In this document: one piece after another, positions 1-9,327 of the stretch
Position numbering within the stretch: position 1 is the stretch's first letter
How the letters are laid out: each line of letters opens with the position of its first letter
Assembly: GCA_963805825.1 (NCBI GenBank)
Contig: CAWDVO010000020.1
Span: 354,792-418,791, forward strand
Source: Candidatus Brocadiaceae bacterium
Lineage (GTDB): Bacteria; Planctomycetota; Brocadiia; SM23-32
Direction of reading: 5' to 3'
DNA length: 64,000 nucleotides
Translations under genes and position numbers: made by a program
Notes under the pieces: generated by a model
Databases searched by the model: none
Told to the model about the DNA's origin: nothing
The model's input: the letters and a program-made list of their open reading frames with translations, nothing else

Positions 1-79
1 AGCCGACGTCGCCGCGCGGAGGCAGGGGGGCGGCCACCGTGGTTTGCAGCCGGCGCACCTGGAGCGAGGTGATCTTCAC
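1..79 (-). CDS. partial CDS, 5' end only (continues beyond left edge); function not assignable
   Basis: GTG at 79-77 with GGAGAGAG 7 nt upstream (plus-strand ctctctcc 87-94). Reads VKITSLQVRRLQTTVAAPLPPRGDVG. The MKIT-type N-terminus is reminiscent of enolase-superfamily dehydratases, but 26 aa is too little to call. Confidence 0.3.
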   Translation of the reverse strand, partial: MKITSLQVRRLQTTVAAPLPPRGDVG

Positions 80-105
80 CCTGTTTCTCTCTCCGTCAGC
101 GGTCC

Positions 106-1422
106 TCACCAGCCGGGCAGATACTCCCTGTGCGCCGCGATCAGCTCGTCGGCCAGCTCGCCGGCCTGCCGGATCGAGCGCACGCAGCCGTCGATGACGA
201 TCGCCTGGACGAACTTCGCCCGGTCCCGCTCCAGCGCGGCGTCGATGATCAGTTCCGTCGTCAGGAACGCCTTGGCGACGTTCGCCTTGATGCCCTCCGG
301 CAGCGCGCCCATCGGCACGGGCCGCGCGCCGGCGCTCGAAAACTCGACCGGGCACTCGGCGCAGAGCCCGCGCTCCAGGTTCTCCACCTGGCCTGTGTTC
401 GGCACCGTGGTGTGGAAGACCTCCGGCTCGTCGCGCTGCATGGCGCGGATGATGTTGACCAGCTTCTCCTGCTGGCCGACCTTGCGCTCGACGAGGTCCT
501 TCGGCAGCGGCTCCTCTCCGCGGGCCACGCGCATCATGCGCTCATGGTCGGCGTCCGCCCCGTTGACGTAGTAGTCGAGCGGGAAGCGGTCGACGCCGAG
601 CGTCTTGCCGTAATGGCTGCCGTCCGCGTGGAACTGCGGGAAGAATTCCGTGATGTGGCGGTCGCGCGAGAGCGGAAAGTAGCCGAACAGCTCGAAGAGG
701 CCCCACGAGGTCTGGTGCTCCTCGTCGTCGCCCGGCAGCTTGCCCTCGGCCTTGAGCGCCGCGTTCTTCTCGCGGATGAGGGGGTACGCGTCGCGGCCGT
801 CGACCGTGAACTCCATCAGCCAGACGAAGTGGTTGAAGCCGACGGCCCGGCAGTCGCATCGTTCCGGGTCGACGCCGAGGAACTTCGCCAGGTAGCCCTT
901 CACGCCCTGCACGCCGTGGCAGAGGCCGAAGACCTCGCGGCCGACCTCGCGGTTGATGGCGCGAACGATGGCGGCCATCGGGTTGCAGTAGTTGAGGAAC
1001 TGCGCGCCCGGGCAGAGGGCCTGCACGTCGCGGCCGATCTCGACCATCGTCGGCAGGATGCGGAGCGAGCGCGCGAAGCCGCCGGGCGTGGTCGTGTCCG
1101 CCACCGGCATGTAGATGCCGTACTTGCGCGGGATGGCGACGTCCTTCTCCCACGCGCGCCGGCCACCGACGTCCAGCATCGTCACCACGTAGTCCGCGTC
1201 GGGCAGCAGGTCGCGGCGCTCCGTCGACCGGCTGAGCGTGATCGGCGCGCCCGTGGTCTCGACGAGCCGGCCCGCGAGTCCGTAGACGGCCTCCAGGCTC
1301 TCCGCGTTGATGTCGACGAGGCCGATCTCCCACTCGCCGCCGTCGGCCATGAAGTCGGCGATCAGGCCCGCGGAGAAGACCGCGCTGCCCGCTCCGATGA
1401 AGACGACCTTCTTCCGTGCCAC
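106..1422 (-). CDS. glycoside hydrolase family 4 (NAD+/Mn2+-dependent alpha-glycosidase type)
   Basis: Intact 438-aa ORF with GTG start and AGGAGGA 9 nt upstream. It has the Rossmann N-terminus KKVVFIGAGSAVF, the GLCHG Cys-His metal site and the NYCNPM motif typical of GH4. Confidence 0.85.
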   Translation of the reverse strand: MARKKVVFIGAGSAVFSAGLIADFMADGGEWEIGLVDINAESLEAVYGLAGRLVETTGAPITLSRSTERRDLLPDADYVVTMLDVGGRRAWEKDVAIPRKYGIYMPVADTTTPGGFARSLRILPTMVEIGRDVQALCPGAQFLNYCNPMAAIVRAINREVGREVFGLCHGVQGVKGYLAKFLGVDPERCDCRAVGFNHFVWLMEFTVDGRDAYPLIREKNAALKAEGKLPGDDEEHQTSWGLFELFGYFPLSRDRHITEFFPQFHADGSHYGKTLGVDRFPLDYYVNGADADHERMMRVARGEEPLPKDLVERKVGQQEKLVNIIRAMQRDEPEVFHTTVPNTGQVENLERGLCAECPVEFSSAGARPVPMGALPEGIKANVAKAFLTTELIIDAALERDRAKFVQAIVIDGCVRSIRQAGELADELIAAHREYLPGW

Positions 1423-1423
1423 G

Positions 1424-2674
1424 TTATAGCGTCCTCCTGACCGATCGCTGAGGTGTCGGTGGTGGGTGTACGGGCGAACCGCAACCGCGCGAGGATGCTA
1501 TCAGCTTACGGCCGCCCGGGTCAACGCGGCGCGCCCCCGCCGCCGACCGCGCAGCGCCGCCGCAGCAGAGCATGAGGATGGGCGCCAGGCCGATCACCAT
1601 GCCGTATCCCTCCTGCCCGAGCGCCGGCGCGAGCGCGACGCCCAGCAGCGCGGCCACCGGCCCCACGACCGAACCGAGGCCGATGAGGGTCTCGTTGGCG
1701 CCGCCCGCGTCGACGGCCGCGTTGCGCACGACCATGGCGTAGTAGAAGGCGGCGAAGTAGGTGAAGGAACTGGCCAGGCCGAAGACCACCTCGCCCGTGA
1801 TTGCGGTGGCGACGTTCGGCGCGAAGAAGACGAGGAAGAAGCCGGCGGGCAGCATCACCGCCCCGACGCCGAGCGCCCAGAGGCGGCCGTGCCAGGCGGC
1901 CGTCCGGTGGAGCAGGTAGAACGTGGCCAGCCGCACCACGTCGAGGGCGCTGGCGACGATGGCCGCCATGGTGAGCCGCAGCCCCAGGTCGCCCAGCACG
2001 CCCGGCAGCAGCGCGGCCAGCACCCAGGCGCAGGAGTAGTTGAGCAGCAGCAGCCAGCGCGAGGTCCGCATGAGGGCGTCGAGCCTGCCCATCTGCGCGG
2101 CGGTGGGGCGCTGAGGATCGGTGGCCTCCAGGTGGCGCGGGCGCAGGGGGAAGAAGGCCAGCAGGGCGAGGCTGACCGTGCAGATCGCGCCGCCGACCAC
2201 GAACAGTCCGCCGGCGAAGAGGCGTATCATCGGCCCGGTGGCGGCGACGGAGAGCGGGATGGCGGCGGCCCAGGAGACGTTGAAGCGCCCGAGTGCGCGC
2301 GCCTGCTCGGCCGGGCCGCGGCCGGCGGCGACGTAGCTCTCCACCACGGGCCACTTCAGCCCGTTCAGGACGCCGAGCACGACCGTGCCGACGATCAGCA
2401 CCGCCGGCGTGCCGGCCCCCGCGCCCATGCCGAGGAACACGAGCACCTCCGCACCGATGCAGGCGAGCAGCATGTGCTTCTCGGCGAACCGGCCGGCCAC
2501 CCGGTGGCTGAGGACGGCGCCCGAGGCGTACGCCAGCCCGAACCCGAGCGCGACGGACAGGTTGGCCGCCGGCGTGAAACCGAGCCGTCCGGTCGTCTGG
2601 AAGTAGAGCCCGCGCTGGACACAGGTCGTGGCGAAGCTCTCAGCGAAGCTGAGCAGAAGCAGAAGGGCGTGCAT
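1424..2674 (-). CDS. MFS-type permease (about 12 TM segments)
   Basis: The ORF 1424..2710 in the track begins at TTG. The first ATG at 2674 gives MHALLLLLSF... The protein is strongly hydrophobic and Gly/Ala/Leu-rich, with a central charged loop (RPRHLEATDPQRP). Its stop lies 1 nt from the GH4 start, so they form an operon. Confidence 0.7.
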   Translation of the reverse strand: MHALLLLLSFAESFATTCVQRGLYFQTTGRLGFTPAANLSVALGFGLAYASGAVLSHRVAGRFAEKHMLLACIGAEVLVFLGMGAGAGTPAVLIVGTVVLGVLNGLKWPVVESYVAAGRGPAEQARALGRFNVSWAAAIPLSVAATGPMIRLFAGGLFVVGGAICTVSLALLAFFPLRPRHLEATDPQRPTAAQMGRLDALMRTSRWLLLLNYSCAWVLAALLPGVLGDLGLRLTMAAIVASALDVVRLATFYLLHRTAAWHGRLWALGVGAVMLPAGFFLVFFAPNVATAITGEVVFGLASSFTYFAAFYYAMVVRNAAVDAGGANETLIGLGSVVGPVAALLGVALAPALGQEGYGMVIGLAPILMLCCGGAARSAAGARRVDPGGRKLIASSRGCGSPVHPPPTPQRSVRRTL

Positions 2675-2795
2675 CCGCAGCAGTCTACCGCGCCCACGTC
2701 GGCGGAGCAACGGCCGGTCGAGGTGTGCGCACCGAAGGCTTGCCGTCGGGCGGTCGGGCGGCTATGATGGCGCGGCTCGATTGGGAGAATGCGCC

Positions 2796-4640
2796 ATGCG
2801 GATTCGCACTGCCGTCATCGCCGCCGTTCTGCTCCTGTCCCTCGGTTCCGTCCAGGCGGCCGACTTCGAGCCGCTGTCGGGCCAGAAACCGGCGCCGTGG
2901 ACCGGCAAGGGCGTGCCGATTGCGCCGGACGACTTCCGCTTCATCATCATGGCCGACCGCACGGGCGGGCTGCGGCCCGGCGTCTTCAAGGACGCGGTCG
3001 AGAAGGTCAACCTGCTGCGGCCGGACTTCGTGATGAGCGTCGGCGACTACGTCACCGGATACTCCGAGGACAAGGTCGAGATCGGCCGGGAGTGGAACGA
3101 GTTCGACGCCATCGTCCGCTCGCTTGACATGCCGTTCTTCTACATCCCCGGCAACCACGACGTGACGAACAGCGTCCAGCTCGGCCTCTGGCGCGAGCGC
3201 CTCGGCCCGACCTACTACCACTTCCTCTACAAGAACGCGCTCTTCCTCTGCCTGAACACGCAGGACGGCGCCGGGACGGCCGGCCGCATCGGGGCCGAGC
3301 AGGCCGATTACTTCCGCGATGTGCTGGCCCGCAACCCGGACGTGCGCTGGACATTCGTCTTCATGCACCAGCCGCTCTGGCTACAGGGCTCGGCCGACCT
3401 GAACGGCTGGAAGCCGATCGAGGACGCCCTGCACGGCCGGCCCTGCACCGTCTTCGCCGGCCACCTCCACACCTACACGCAGACGGTGCGCGACGGCCAT
3501 GACTACGTCCTGCTCGCCACCACGGGCGGCGGGAGCGATCTGTCCGGGCCGTTCTACGGCCACTTCGACCACGTCATGTGGGTCACTATGACCGGCGACG
3601 GCCCGCGCTACGCCAACCTGATGCTCAGCGGCATCGCCTCCAAGGACGTGGCCACGCCGGCCTCGCTGGCCTACGCCGACGACCTCGGCAAGGAGGTAAC
3701 CGTTGCCGCACAGCCCCTCATCGGCGGCTCGATGCTGAGCGGCACACTGGCGACGACCGTGCGGCTGAAAAACGACAGCGACCTGGTCCAGAGTTTCGAC
3801 GGCGTCGCAGCGCCGCACCCGACGCTGTCCCTCACTCCGTCCGCCATCCGCCTGAGCCTCCAGCCGGGCGAGGAGCGGACGGTGCAGGTGTCGGTGACCG
3901 CCGCGCACCCGCTGCCGCTGGAGGAGACGGTCCGCCCGCGCATCGACTGGACCGCGCGCATGACGCCGAAGGGCTACGGCGAGGTCAGCCGAACCTTCTC
4001 GACGGAGGTGCCGATGGACACCGTCTACCCCTGCCGCCGCGCGGCGCGGCCGGTCACCGTCGACGGCGACCTGAGCGACTGGCCCGACCTGCCGCTGCGC
4101 GTTGACACACGCGACCGCATCACCTACCCGGAGAACTGGTCCGGGCCGGATGACGGTTCGTTCGCGTTCGCGACCGCCTACGACGACCGGTTCCTCTACG
4201 TCGCCGTGCGGACGACCGACGACAAGCTGATGGTCGACCGGGCGGACGTGCCCTGGAGCCAGGACTCGGTGGCGGTGTCGCTGGACGCCCGCCCTGCGCA
4301 GGTGCGGGCCGCCGAGCCGCCGCAGTTGAGCGGCCAGTTCACCACGCACCTTCTCTACTACCTCAGCCCGAGCGAGAAGGGCAAGATGATCTGGTATGCG
4401 AAGGACCGTCTGCCCGAGGGCAGCCAGGCCGTCTGCGTGCCGGCCGGCCAGGGCATGGCCCTCGAAGTTGCCGTGCCGCTCTCCTACCTGGACGGCCTGC
4501 AGGGCGGGAGCTGGTCGACCTTCCAGCTCAACCTGCTCTTCAACGACATCGACCTGAGCGGCGCCTCCCGCCTGAGCTGGCGGCCCGACTGGTACCGCAG
4601 GGGCGCCTATCCCGGCGCGGGCGCGTTCCGCAGGGAGTGA
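2796..4640 (+). CDS. secreted calcineurin-like metallophosphoesterase with C-terminal CBM9/DOMON-like module
   Basis: ATG 2796 gives the signal peptide MRIRTAVIAAVLLLSLGSVQA. Metallophosphoesterase motifs are present: SVGDYV, IPGNHDV, FMHQP, AGHLH. The C-terminal part (VTVDGDLSDWPDLPL...FAFATAYDDRFLYVAV) resembles carbohydrate-binding family 9. Confidence 0.75.
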   Translation: MRIRTAVIAAVLLLSLGSVQAADFEPLSGQKPAPWTGKGVPIAPDDFRFIIMADRTGGLRPGVFKDAVEKVNLLRPDFVMSVGDYVTGYSEDKVEIGREWNEFDAIVRSLDMPFFYIPGNHDVTNSVQLGLWRERLGPTYYHFLYKNALFLCLNTQDGAGTAGRIGAEQADYFRDVLARNPDVRWTFVFMHQPLWLQGSADLNGWKPIEDALHGRPCTVFAGHLHTYTQTVRDGHDYVLLATTGGGSDLSGPFYGHFDHVMWVTMTGDGPRYANLMLSGIASKDVATPASLAYADDLGKEVTVAAQPLIGGSMLSGTLATTVRLKNDSDLVQSFDGVAAPHPTLSLTPSAIRLSLQPGEERTVQVSVTAAHPLPLEETVRPRIDWTARMTPKGYGEVSRTFSTEVPMDTVYPCRRAARPVTVDGDLSDWPDLPLRVDTRDRITYPENWSGPDDGSFAFATAYDDRFLYVAVRTTDDKLMVDRADVPWSQDSVAVSLDARPAQVRAAEPPQLSGQFTTHLLYYLSPSEKGKMIWYAKDRLPEGSQAVCVPAGQGMALEVAVPLSYLDGLQGGSWSTFQLNLLFNDIDLSGASRLSWRPDWYRRGAYPGAGAFRRE

Positions 4641-4736
4641 GGGGCGTGCCGCCCCCGAACGCGCGCACTGGCGCAATGCCCGTCTGTCGTGTATCTATGG
4701 ATGACTTCGCGTCAGTGACATCCCGAGGAGCGGCGT

Positions 4737-6095
4737 ATGACAGGTGCGGGCGGGCGGGCGGCGGCGGTCGGCGTGGTGTTGGCGTTGGGGCTGGTGGTGT
4801 GCGTGCGCGCGGCGGACTCGTCTTCGCCCGGCGTGGCGGGCTTCGCAGAGCAGGGCTGGCCGCAGTTCCTGGGGCCGCAGCGCGACGGCGTCGTCCATGA
4901 CGCCGGCGTCTTGGCGCGCTCGTGGCCCGAGACCGGCCCGAAGCACCTCTGGGAAACGCCGGTCGGCCCCGGCTTCGGCGGCCCCGCCATCTACGGCGAC
5001 AGCGTCCTGCTGCTGGACCGCGAGGACAACTCGCGCGACATCGTACGCCGCATCAGCCTGGCCGACGGCAGCGACATCTGGAGCTACCCCTACGACGCGC
5101 CCGGCAAGCTGGACAGCAACGGCAGCCGCGCCACGCCGGCTACGGACGGCGACCTCGTCTTCACCATCGGCCCCTTCGGCGCCATCCACGCGCTGAAGTT
5201 CAGCGACGGCACGCCCGTCTGGCACGCCGACCTGCTGAAGGACTGGGACGCGAAGCAGTCGTTCTACGGCGTTGCCGCCTCACCGCTGCTCTACGGCGAC
5301 TGGCTGATCGTCATGCCGTGGGGCACAAAGGCGGCCGTGGTTGCGCTCGACAAGAAGACGGGCGAGCAGGTCTGGGCGACGCCGAACCCGAAGGGCGTCG
5401 TGCAGGAATACGAGTCGCCGATGCTGATGCGGCTCGACGGGCAGGACATGATCCTGGCGACGGGGCGGCACGGATACCTGATCGGCGTCGACGCGAAGAC
5501 GGGCCGGCAGCTCTGGGAATACACGGGCTTCCCCAAGGTCGGCTGGCACATCCCCTCGCCGTTGCCCGTCGGCGACGGCCGCATCTTCATGACCGGCGGC
5601 TACGGCGCCGGCTGCGTCATGCTCCAGGTCGAGCGCGAGGGGCGCGGCTGGGGCGTGACCGAGCTGTTCCGCAACATGACCATGGGCAGCACCTGCGCGG
5701 AGCCGCTGCTGTGGAACGGCTTCATCTACGGTAACAGCTCCAACGTCGGCGGCGGCCTGCGGTGCGTCTCGCTGGACGGCAAGATGCAGTGGGACTCGCG
5801 CCGGAACCACGGGCCGACGTTCGACCTGGGAAGCCTGCTGATCGCGGACGGGTTGATCTACATCATCGACGGCAAGAGCGGGGACCTCGTGATGGCGGAG
5901 GCGTCGCCCGACGGCTACAAGCAACTCGGCCGCGCGCCGCTCCTGGCCCAGCCGGAGCCCTGGGCGCCGATGGCGTTCGCGGACGGCAAGCTCCTCGCCC
6001 GCGACGCGCACAAGCTCTACTGTCTGGACGTGTCGGCGGGGCGTAGCGCCGGCCTCCGGCCGGCTACCCTGGGGCGTCTCGCCCCAGGGTCTTGA
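4737..6095 (+). CDS. secreted PQQ-like (BamB-type) beta-propeller repeat protein
   Basis: Intact 452-aa ORF with GAGGAG 7 nt upstream and an N-terminal hydrophobic signal. It has repeated blade-like motifs (GDSVLLLD, GDLVFTIG, GDWLIVMP, GRIFMTGG, DGLIYIIDG, DGKLLARD). Confidence 0.6.
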   Translation: MTGAGGRAAAVGVVLALGLVVCVRAADSSSPGVAGFAEQGWPQFLGPQRDGVVHDAGVLARSWPETGPKHLWETPVGPGFGGPAIYGDSVLLLDREDNSRDIVRRISLADGSDIWSYPYDAPGKLDSNGSRATPATDGDLVFTIGPFGAIHALKFSDGTPVWHADLLKDWDAKQSFYGVAASPLLYGDWLIVMPWGTKAAVVALDKKTGEQVWATPNPKGVVQEYESPMLMRLDGQDMILATGRHGYLIGVDAKTGRQLWEYTGFPKVGWHIPSPLPVGDGRIFMTGGYGAGCVMLQVEREGRGWGVTELFRNMTMGSTCAEPLLWNGFIYGNSSNVGGGLRCVSLDGKMQWDSRRNHGPTFDLGSLLIADGLIYIIDGKSGDLVMAEASPDGYKQLGRAPLLAQPEPWAPMAFADGKLLARDAHKLYCLDVSAGRSAGLRPATLGRLAPGS

Positions 6096-6130
6096 TCGTA
6101 GACTCTACCGGACCTGCACTTAGCGTGGTC

Positions 6131-6170
6131 CCGGAGCGGGACGCTCCGGCACAGCCGCCGGGACGGCGGC
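6131..6170. terminator. two GC-rich hairpins between convergent genes (candidate bidirectional terminator)
   Basis: The hairpins are CCGGAGCG-gga-CGCTCCGG (6131-6149) and GCCGCCG-gga-CGGCGGC (6154-6170). They lie between the stop of 4737..6095 (+) and the stop of 6185..8311 (-). There is no U-tract. Confidence 0.35.
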
Positions 6171-6184
6171 GCTACACGGTGCGC

Positions 6185-8311
6185 CTACCGCAGCATCACG
6201 TACATCGCCTCTGCGGGCAGCTTGACCGTCAGCTTGCCGTCCGTCGCGCTCACGGGGACGTCCTTCACCGCGTAGCCCGACGCGTCGAGGAGGACGGCCT
6301 TCGTCAGGTTCGGGTCGGCTATGGTGAGTGTCACCTCGGTGTTGGCCACGCGCAGCGGCGGGCCTCCGGTGGAGACTATCCTGCTGCCGTTTCCCGCCGC
6401 CTCGACGCGCCAGCCGGTCGGCCGGGACACCGTACCCACCTGCACCAGCACGCTGCGCGAGGTCGCCAGTGGCTCGCCATCCATCGGCACGACGCTGACG
6501 GCCGCGTACTCGTTGGTCGAAATGATGGAGACCCTGCCGAGGTTGTACTTTCCGCCGCCGGCCTTCAGGAACCCCGCCACGCCTTGGTAGCGCGGTGAGT
6601 CCACGGTGCAGACGCCGGCCTTGAAGTTCAGCGCGATCTGCCCCGTCACGCTGCGCACGACGCCGGCGTCCTTGTCGAGGTAGGGGGAGAGGTCGATAGC
6701 GCGGTTCTTCGCCGGGTCGCCGCCGTACTTCACCTCGACCGGGCCGACCAGAAATGCCAGCGGGTCGATCTGCCGCTTGATCGGCGAGGCGTCGCCGAAC
6801 GCGGACGCATCGCGGTCCGGGTCGTAGGCGCCGGTCTCGCTGATGATGGGCACCTTGCGCGCCCACATGTCCGCGAAGGCGCGCTCCTCGTGGACGACGG
6901 CCGTCTTCGCCGCCTCCACGTAGCCCTTGCGCAACGCCAACGCGTTGGCCGGCCACATGCGCGGGTCCACACCGCCGGCGCCGGACCAGATGAAGGTGTC
7001 CACGCCCGTCATCGAGCTGTAGACGGACGCCAGGAACGGCCCCTCGGTCCTGTAGCGGCCGGGGTCCTGCCAGGCCGCCTCCGTCAGGACGAACGGGTGG
7101 CCGACCACCTGCTTGTCCGCGCCGGGGAAGCTCGTCGGGTCGAGGACGACCGGCCGGTTGGTGAACGTCTGCCCCGGCCGCACGCGGCCGCCGCTTACGC
7201 CGCAGGAGCGGTTCTCCGAGACGATGTCGCCGGCGGTATAGGTCCAGCGCTCCACGTCCTCTAACAGGAGCGCGTCGACCGTGCGGTAATTGCACGCGTC
7301 GACGAGCTGGCCGCATCCGAGGGTGTCGCGCAGGTAGGCCGCCGCGTCGGCGTAAGAGTCGTGCTGCCGCTGCGCGAAGAACGCGGTCTCGTCGTCGAGG
7401 CGCTTGGCCGCGCCGTCGTACTGGTACTGCGTCATCTCCCAGACCGAGGACGACGAGTTGACCAGCGCGACGACACCGGCGTCGAAGTCGTCGTCGACCT
7501 GGCCGAAGCCGTCCCACGCGTCGTAGGCGTCGTCGAGGGAGCCGTACTTCTTGACGCACCAGTCGCCGAACTGCTTCTCCAGCATGCGCAGTTGCGCGCC
7601 GCGCAGTCCCTGGGTCGTCCACCAGAACAGGCCGTCTCCGTCCTGGAGCTGCACGACGGCGAGCGCCGGCTCTTTGGCGAGCGGCACGCCGTCGTCATAC
7701 GGGTTCGGGCGGGTGAGCAGCTCCTTCATCCACGCCTTGTAGGCGTCCTGCAGCTTCGGGTTGAAGAGCAGCAGGCCCCACTTCGACGTGGTGTCCTCCA
7801 GGCCCCAGCTCTTCGGCGCGTTGCCGCCGCCGCGATAGGGCGCGATGAAGGTGTAGATGCCGCACTTCTTCGCCGCGGCGACGAGGCGCTGCGCCTGGTC
7901 GATGGCCTGCGCGTCCACGTCGGTGATGGCCGCGCCCTCGCGCGTGTCGCAGACGTTGATGCTGATGCGGACGAGGTTCACGCCGAGCTTGGCGAGCGCG
8001 CGGCACTGCTCGTCGATCTGCTCGGGCTTCATGCCGGCGTTCACGTTCACCGCCCAGAACCGCCCGGGCGTCCCGTCGCCGAGCACGAACCCGCTGCCGT
8101 CAGCGGAGAGCTGCACGAAGCCCTTCTCGCCGGCGACCTTCTCGTTGAGCGAGCGCAGGTCGAGCTGTGCATCGGGGGAGAACTTGTCCGGCGGCGGCGT
8201 GAAGGCCCAGGAGTTGGAGTCGTCCAGGGGGGCGGGCGCTTCCTGAGCGAAGGCCGTCAGGGACACTGCCAGCGCCACAGCCACGACGGCCAGCCACTTC
8301 GCGTGAGTCAT
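6185..8311 (-). CDS. secreted clan GH-A (TIM-barrel) glycoside-hydrolase-like protein, divergent paralog
   Basis: Intact 708-aa ORF with signal peptide MTHAKWLAVVAVALAVSLTAFAQ. The regions GVNLVRISINV, NPYDDGVPLAKEPALAVVQLQDGDGLFWW and KKYGSLDDAYDAWDG align with the three other GH-A paralogs in the window. DG occupies the position of their NE motif. Confidence 0.6.
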   Translation of the reverse strand: MTHAKWLAVVAVALAVSLTAFAQEAPAPLDDSNSWAFTPPPDKFSPDAQLDLRSLNEKVAGEKGFVQLSADGSGFVLGDGTPGRFWAVNVNAGMKPEQIDEQCRALAKLGVNLVRISINVCDTREGAAITDVDAQAIDQAQRLVAAAKKCGIYTFIAPYRGGGNAPKSWGLEDTTSKWGLLLFNPKLQDAYKAWMKELLTRPNPYDDGVPLAKEPALAVVQLQDGDGLFWWTTQGLRGAQLRMLEKQFGDWCVKKYGSLDDAYDAWDGFGQVDDDFDAGVVALVNSSSSVWEMTQYQYDGAAKRLDDETAFFAQRQHDSYADAAAYLRDTLGCGQLVDACNYRTVDALLLEDVERWTYTAGDIVSENRSCGVSGGRVRPGQTFTNRPVVLDPTSFPGADKQVVGHPFVLTEAAWQDPGRYRTEGPFLASVYSSMTGVDTFIWSGAGGVDPRMWPANALALRKGYVEAAKTAVVHEERAFADMWARKVPIISETGAYDPDRDASAFGDASPIKRQIDPLAFLVGPVEVKYGGDPAKNRAIDLSPYLDKDAGVVRSVTGQIALNFKAGVCTVDSPRYQGVAGFLKAGGGKYNLGRVSIISTNEYAAVSVVPMDGEPLATSRSVLVQVGTVSRPTGWRVEAAGNGSRIVSTGGPPLRVANTEVTLTIADPNLTKAVLLDASGYAVKDVPVSATDGKLTVKLPAEAMYVMLR

Positions 8312-8314
8312 CGG

Positions 8315-9188
8315 TCAACCTTCCTTGCAGAGCGGTCCGCAGGTGCGTATCAGGTTCAGGAAGTGCTTGCGGTTGCCGGGCCGGCACGGGCGCCAGGCCG
8401 TCAGCAGGATGCCCGTCGCGTCGTGCTTGAGCAGGACGTCCCGCCACTCGCGCACGGCCTCCGGCCGGCTGCCGGGGGCTCCCCAGACCTCGTAGCCCTT
8501 GCGCCGCAGCCGCCGGACGGTCTGCGGCCGGGCCTCGCGGTAGTCCCACGTGACCTGGACGACGCTCTTCGGCATGTGCTTCTCGACCGCGCGCGACTTC
8601 TCGCCGGACGCCTCCCAGAGGCCCGTACAGACGATCTCGCGGTCCTTCCACATCACCGCCCGCAGCCCGCGCGCCTCCACACCTTCCCCCAGCACGCGCA
8701 CGGCCACGCCGGTACTGCCGGTGCGAGCGGTCCGTGTCCTCGTCCATGCCGACGTGGAAGTAGCGCTCCGGCCGGCATTCGGCGATCAGCTCGTCGATGA
8801 CCTCGAAGCCCAGCCGCCAGTACTCGTCGCTGTCGAAGTCCACGCTGTGCGGGCGGAACCAGTCGTTGTGATGCTGGCTGCTGCTCGTGGCGAAGTTGAG
8901 CTTCGGGACGACCTCCAGCCCGGCCTTGCGCGCTCGCTGCACCAGCTTCCGCAGCGTCGCCATCGGCACGCTGTAACGGCGCTTCAGCTCGGGGTGGGAC
9001 TTGAATACCACGCCGTCCGCCACGTCGATGACGAGCAGGTTCATGTCCGCCTCGGCCATTGCCTCGATGATGTCGGTGGCCACGGCGAGGTCGAACGGTT
9101 TCTCACGCGCCTTTCGCGCGTACCAGACCGGGTCGTAGTGGGTCAGGTGGATAAGGAAACCGCGCACCGGCAGCACCTTCTGCGTCAT
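8315..9188 (-). pseudogene. TIM-barrel-like hypothetical protein (glycosidase-associated), one frameshift near 8710-8730
   Basis: ATG at 9188 gives MTQKVLPVRGFLIHLTHYDPVWY...HVGMDEDTD (frame of ORF 8100..9452). It continues in ORF 8315..8707 (...VLGEGVEARGLRAVMWKDREIV...LIRTCGPLCKEG*). The stop lies 3 nt before the start of 6185..8311. Confidence 0.5.
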
Positions 9189-9260
9189 CGTTCGTCTCCC
9201 TTGCTTCTCGTCCGGATGCACTCGCAGGCGTTGGGGACAGCGTAGCGCCCCGCGCGCTCG

Positions 9261-9289
9261 TTGACAAGCTTCCGCGCCGGGGATAGAGT
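9261..9289 (+). promoter_or_regulatory. sigma70-like promoter candidate TTGACA-N17-TAGAGT
   Basis: TTGACA is at 9261-9266 and TAGAGT at 9284-9289, about 39 nt upstream of ATG 9328. AGGAGG at 9315-9320 serves as RBS. Confidence 0.45.
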
Positions 9290-9327
9290 CGGCCGGGAGC
9301 GGAGGGGGACCGGCAGGAGGGCGGGTG

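Noticed and set aside
130-1440. 436-aa plus-strand ORF fully antisense to the GH4 gene
   Set aside because: Its Arg/Ala/Asp/Leu-rich low-complexity translation has no recognisable motifs. The opposite strand carries clear GH4 signatures. This is a typical shadow ORF of very GC-rich DNA.
4641-4655. GGGGCG-tgc-CGCCCC hairpin right after the metallophosphoesterase stop, considered as an intrinsic terminator
   Set aside because: The stem is only 6 bp and has no U-tract. Such hairpins are expected frequently by chance in this base composition.
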